Shown: positions 61,026 through 64,000 of the stretch, in pieces
Layout of the letters: each line of letters begins with the position of its first letter
Numbering within the stretch: the first letter of the stretch is position 1
Assembly (NCBI GenBank): GCA_002269645.1
Contig: NIVC01000822.1
Coordinates: forward strand, 310,805 to 374,804
Length of the DNA: 64,000 nt
Reading direction: 5' to 3'
Source: Macrostomum lignano
Lineage: Eukaryota
The notes under the pieces: model-generated
What the model was told of the DNA's origin: nothing
Seen by the model: only the letters and a program-made list of their open reading frames with translations
Databases searched by the model: none
Made by a program: the position numbers and the translations under genes

Positions 61026-64000
61026 CGGCCAGGTGATATGAGTAGTACGACGGGTGCAGCGGCGCCTCCTGAGCCGACATCCGGGAGCCCGGCGAGAAGC
61101 CTCCGCCGCCGCCGCCGCCACCATAGCCGTAGCCGCCGCAGACGCCGCCGTTGCCGCAGCCGCAGTCGGAGCCCAGGGCCGGGGGCGGCGGGCAGTAGTA
61201 GCCGTCCTGCGGTGCCATCCCGCTGGACAGGCTGGCGCGGTAGCCCAGCTGCACCGCCTGGCCGCACACCGGGTGGCCCGCAGCGATGGCCGCCGGCGAA
61301 CCGCCCGACCCGTTGGTGACGTCGCTGGAGTTGGTCGACCGCATCGACTTGCCGACGCCCGGGCCGCCGCCTCCGTCGCCGCCGCCGCGACGGCACTGCA
61401 GGATGGCGGTGACGATGACCGCGGCCAGCAGGATGGCCACCACCACGGCGCTGCCGATGGAGATGCCAGCACGATCTCGAAGGACAGGCCGGCGCTGGCG
61501 GTGCTCGCCTGAGTGGTCGACGCGGCGGCATTCAGCGGGCGTCGAAGCTGCGGGTCTCGTAGACGGTGACCGGGCCGTCCAGCACCAGCAGGGAGAAGCT
61601 GTAGGCCGCCTGCGGGTCGGGCAGCAGGATGCTGGCGCGGCCTGAGCGGACCTCCGACTCCAGCAGCTGTCGCAGGACGCAGCCGGGCTGCACAGCTTCA
61701 CGTACACCCCGGTGTAGTGCGGCGACATCGGCGCTGTGAACTGGATCTCCAGCTGCCCGGAGGTCACCTGGGCCGCCACCGATGCGTCCGGGATCAGCGG
61801 CAGCTTCCGGGTGGTCAGCGCCACCTCGTCGGTGAAGGGGCTGACGTTGATCGCGCCGCCGTAGAAGTTCTCTGCTCGGACTCGCGCATAGTAGGTGGCC
61901 TGCGACTCCAGCGCGGTGACGGTCTCGGTGACGGGCAGGCCGAAGCCGGGGTCCCGCAGGCCGGTCTTCTGGTTGGCGACGCTCCACACGGAGCTGCCGA
62001 GCGGCCGCCACTGCAGCGTGAAGGTCTGCTCGAAGCCGCCGTTGAATTCACTGCGCCAGCGCAGGTTGGCGGACACCGCCGTGGTGTTCAGCACCTGCAG
62101 GCCGCTGGGGGTGGCGGGCGGCCCCGGCCGGTTCAAGCTGAAGGTGAAGTCGCGAGTGCCGACTGAGTTGGCCACGGTGCACACATAGTTGCCGTAGTCA
62201 GCCGAGGTCACCTCCGGGATGACGAGGCGGTAGGTGAGGTTCACCGCGCTGCTGACGGTGGACAGGCGCGGGTTCAGCGCCTGCTTGGTGCCATCGGCTC
62301 CGAGGCGCTGCCAGACGGCCCCGCTGGGCGGCGGGTTGGCCGTCACCCGCAGGAGCAGCTCGGCCGGCTGTCCGAGTGGGGAAGACACGGCCAACTGGGT
62401 GCCCGGCCAGGCGGCCGGGGCGAAGGTCAGGTTAAGGGCGGCCGAGGCTGTGGCGGAGCCACCGCGGGACCCCACCGAGCACTGGTAGACGCCGTTGTCT
62501 CCTGAGCTGGCCGACGCGATGCTCAAAGTGGACGTTGCGCTGGCGAGCGTCGCCCAGACGCCGCTGGCATTCCGATGTCGCCATACGAAGGTGAAGCCGC
62601 CGCCTGCCGTCGGGACTCCCGCCGGTTGTCAGGCAGCTCAGCGTCACCGGGTCGCCTTCGCGAGGCGAGCTGGGCGACACTGTGACGTTGACGGATGGCG
62701 GGTACAGCACCAGCACGGAGGTCGACTTGGACAGGGCGCCGATTGCGGCGCTGTCGTAGACGATGGTGCAGGTGTACACCGTGCCGTTGTCTGCCCGCCT
62801 GGTCTGCGTGACGAGCAGGCGGCTGCTGACTGCAGTGCCGAGGTTCTCCGCCGGCTCCGTCGTTGCCACCGCCTGCACGGTGACATTCTCGGCCGAGCTG
62901 GCGCCGCCGCGGACTGCCGGAACCAGTGCACCCGGGCTGGCGGGTTCGCGGAGCCGGCGCGGCACAGCAGGGTCAGCGCCGTGTTCTCCAGCACCCCGTC
63001 GGCCGGGCTAGCCGTCAGCGCGGAGCTGCTCGGCAAAAATTTCACCTCCAGGGCGACGTCTTTGCGGCCGATCTCGCGCGAGTTGTACAGCAGGACGCAG
63101 CGGAATTTGAAGCCGTTGAGGTCGCGGCTGGCGGCGATGTCCAGCCGGCTCTGCAGCTGCTTGGCCGAGTTCGGCCCGTCTGTCTGGCTGACGGACACGC
63201 GGCTGTCCGAGATTTGCTCCTGCAGGCCCAGCGGGCTGATGGAGTACCAGGCGGCCGAGCTGGGCGGGTTGCTGCTGGAGGTGGCCGAGCAGCTGAACTG
63301 CTTGGCCGGCCCGCCATCGGTCGCCGGCCCGGCGGCTGCTGCAGCAGCTCGAGGCCGCTGGGCGGAAAGGAGACCGAAAAGGCGATCGGGGAGCTCCAGA
63401 CCTCCGTGCCGATGATGCCGACGCTCTCCGCTTTGCAGTAGAATTTCGCCGCGTTGTCGGCCGCCTCCAGAGTGACGGTGGCCGCCGGCAGCTCCTCGCG
63501 CGACTGTCCGAGGCGCTCCCGGTAGAACCGGCGCAGCGGCTCCGGCCGGCCGCCGCCCACCTGGCAGGCGAAGGTCACGGAGACGCCGGCCTGCAGCGGC
63601 GACGACAGGCTGCTGGACAGGCGCACGGAGCTTGGCGGATAGTTGACGGTGAGGCCGGCCTCCCGGCTGGCGCTGACGCCGACTTCGTTCTCGACGGTGC
63701 ACACGTAGACGGCGTCGTCTGTGCGCTGAGCGCTGGCGATGGTCAGGCGAGAGGCGGTGGCGTTGGGCCCGGAGCTGGAGTGCGGGATGCTGAGGCCGTC
63801 GCGCCGGGTCCAGGAGAACCGCAGGCTGCCCACAGTGGGCTGGGCGACGCACAGGGCGGCTGTCGACTGCGACTCCACGACGGTGGCGGCGGTGAAGTCC
63901 AGGGAGTCGATGGCGGGGCTGGGGTAGACTGTGAGGCTCCTCGGGGTGCTCTCGTAGGTCACGTGCTTGCACCCCCAGTCGCCGGAGAAGCCGGTGTCCA
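60487..64000 (-). CDS. Nephrin-like Ig-superfamily receptor, 3' part: at least 6 Ig, FN3, TM and a polyQ/Gly-rich tail; several apparent 1-nt frameshifts
   Basis: Ig signatures DDAVYVC, DNAAKFYC, DLNGFKFRC, DNGTVYTC, DNGVYQC, DYGNYVC; FN3 LRWRSEFNGGFEQTFTLQW...YYARVRAEN; TM ISIGSAVVVAILLAAVIVTAILQC. The last frame reads ...ESNMEAIENYV* with the stop at 60487-60489. Confidence 0.85.

Overview
Eukaryotic, repeat-rich metazoan DNA with no CRISPR, rRNA or true tRNA. GC- and Ala-rich coding, private minisatellites in introns and homopolymer-type frameshifts suggest a free-living flatworm (Macrostomum-like) long-read assembly; this is inference. The left third holds a convergent pair of septin/AIG1-like GTPase genes: a GTPase-only copy at 2339-4042 (+) and a spliced 1172-aa gene at 17608-21217 (-) with a stonustoxin/MACPF-like N-terminus, two FN3 domains and the GTPase. 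They share a near-identical 1534-bp inverted block, and between them lie a dead P-element/THAP9 transposase and a TSD-flanked composite Loa/R1-group LINE. The middle (22-39 kb) is a transposon graveyard: Gypsy relics, a hAT MITE and Helentron-like CT-rich elements. At 40-48 kb is a tight same-strand cluster, RPL31 -> MRM1-like SpoU methyltransferase -> CCHCR1-like coiled-coil gene. The methyltransferase has no genomic AUG but has in-frame splice acceptors, consistent with an operon in which a flatworm spliced leader donates the start codon. The right end has satellites, including a 17-nt array made of nuclear-receptor half-sites, and the 3' part of an intronless nephrin-like Ig/FN3 receptor.
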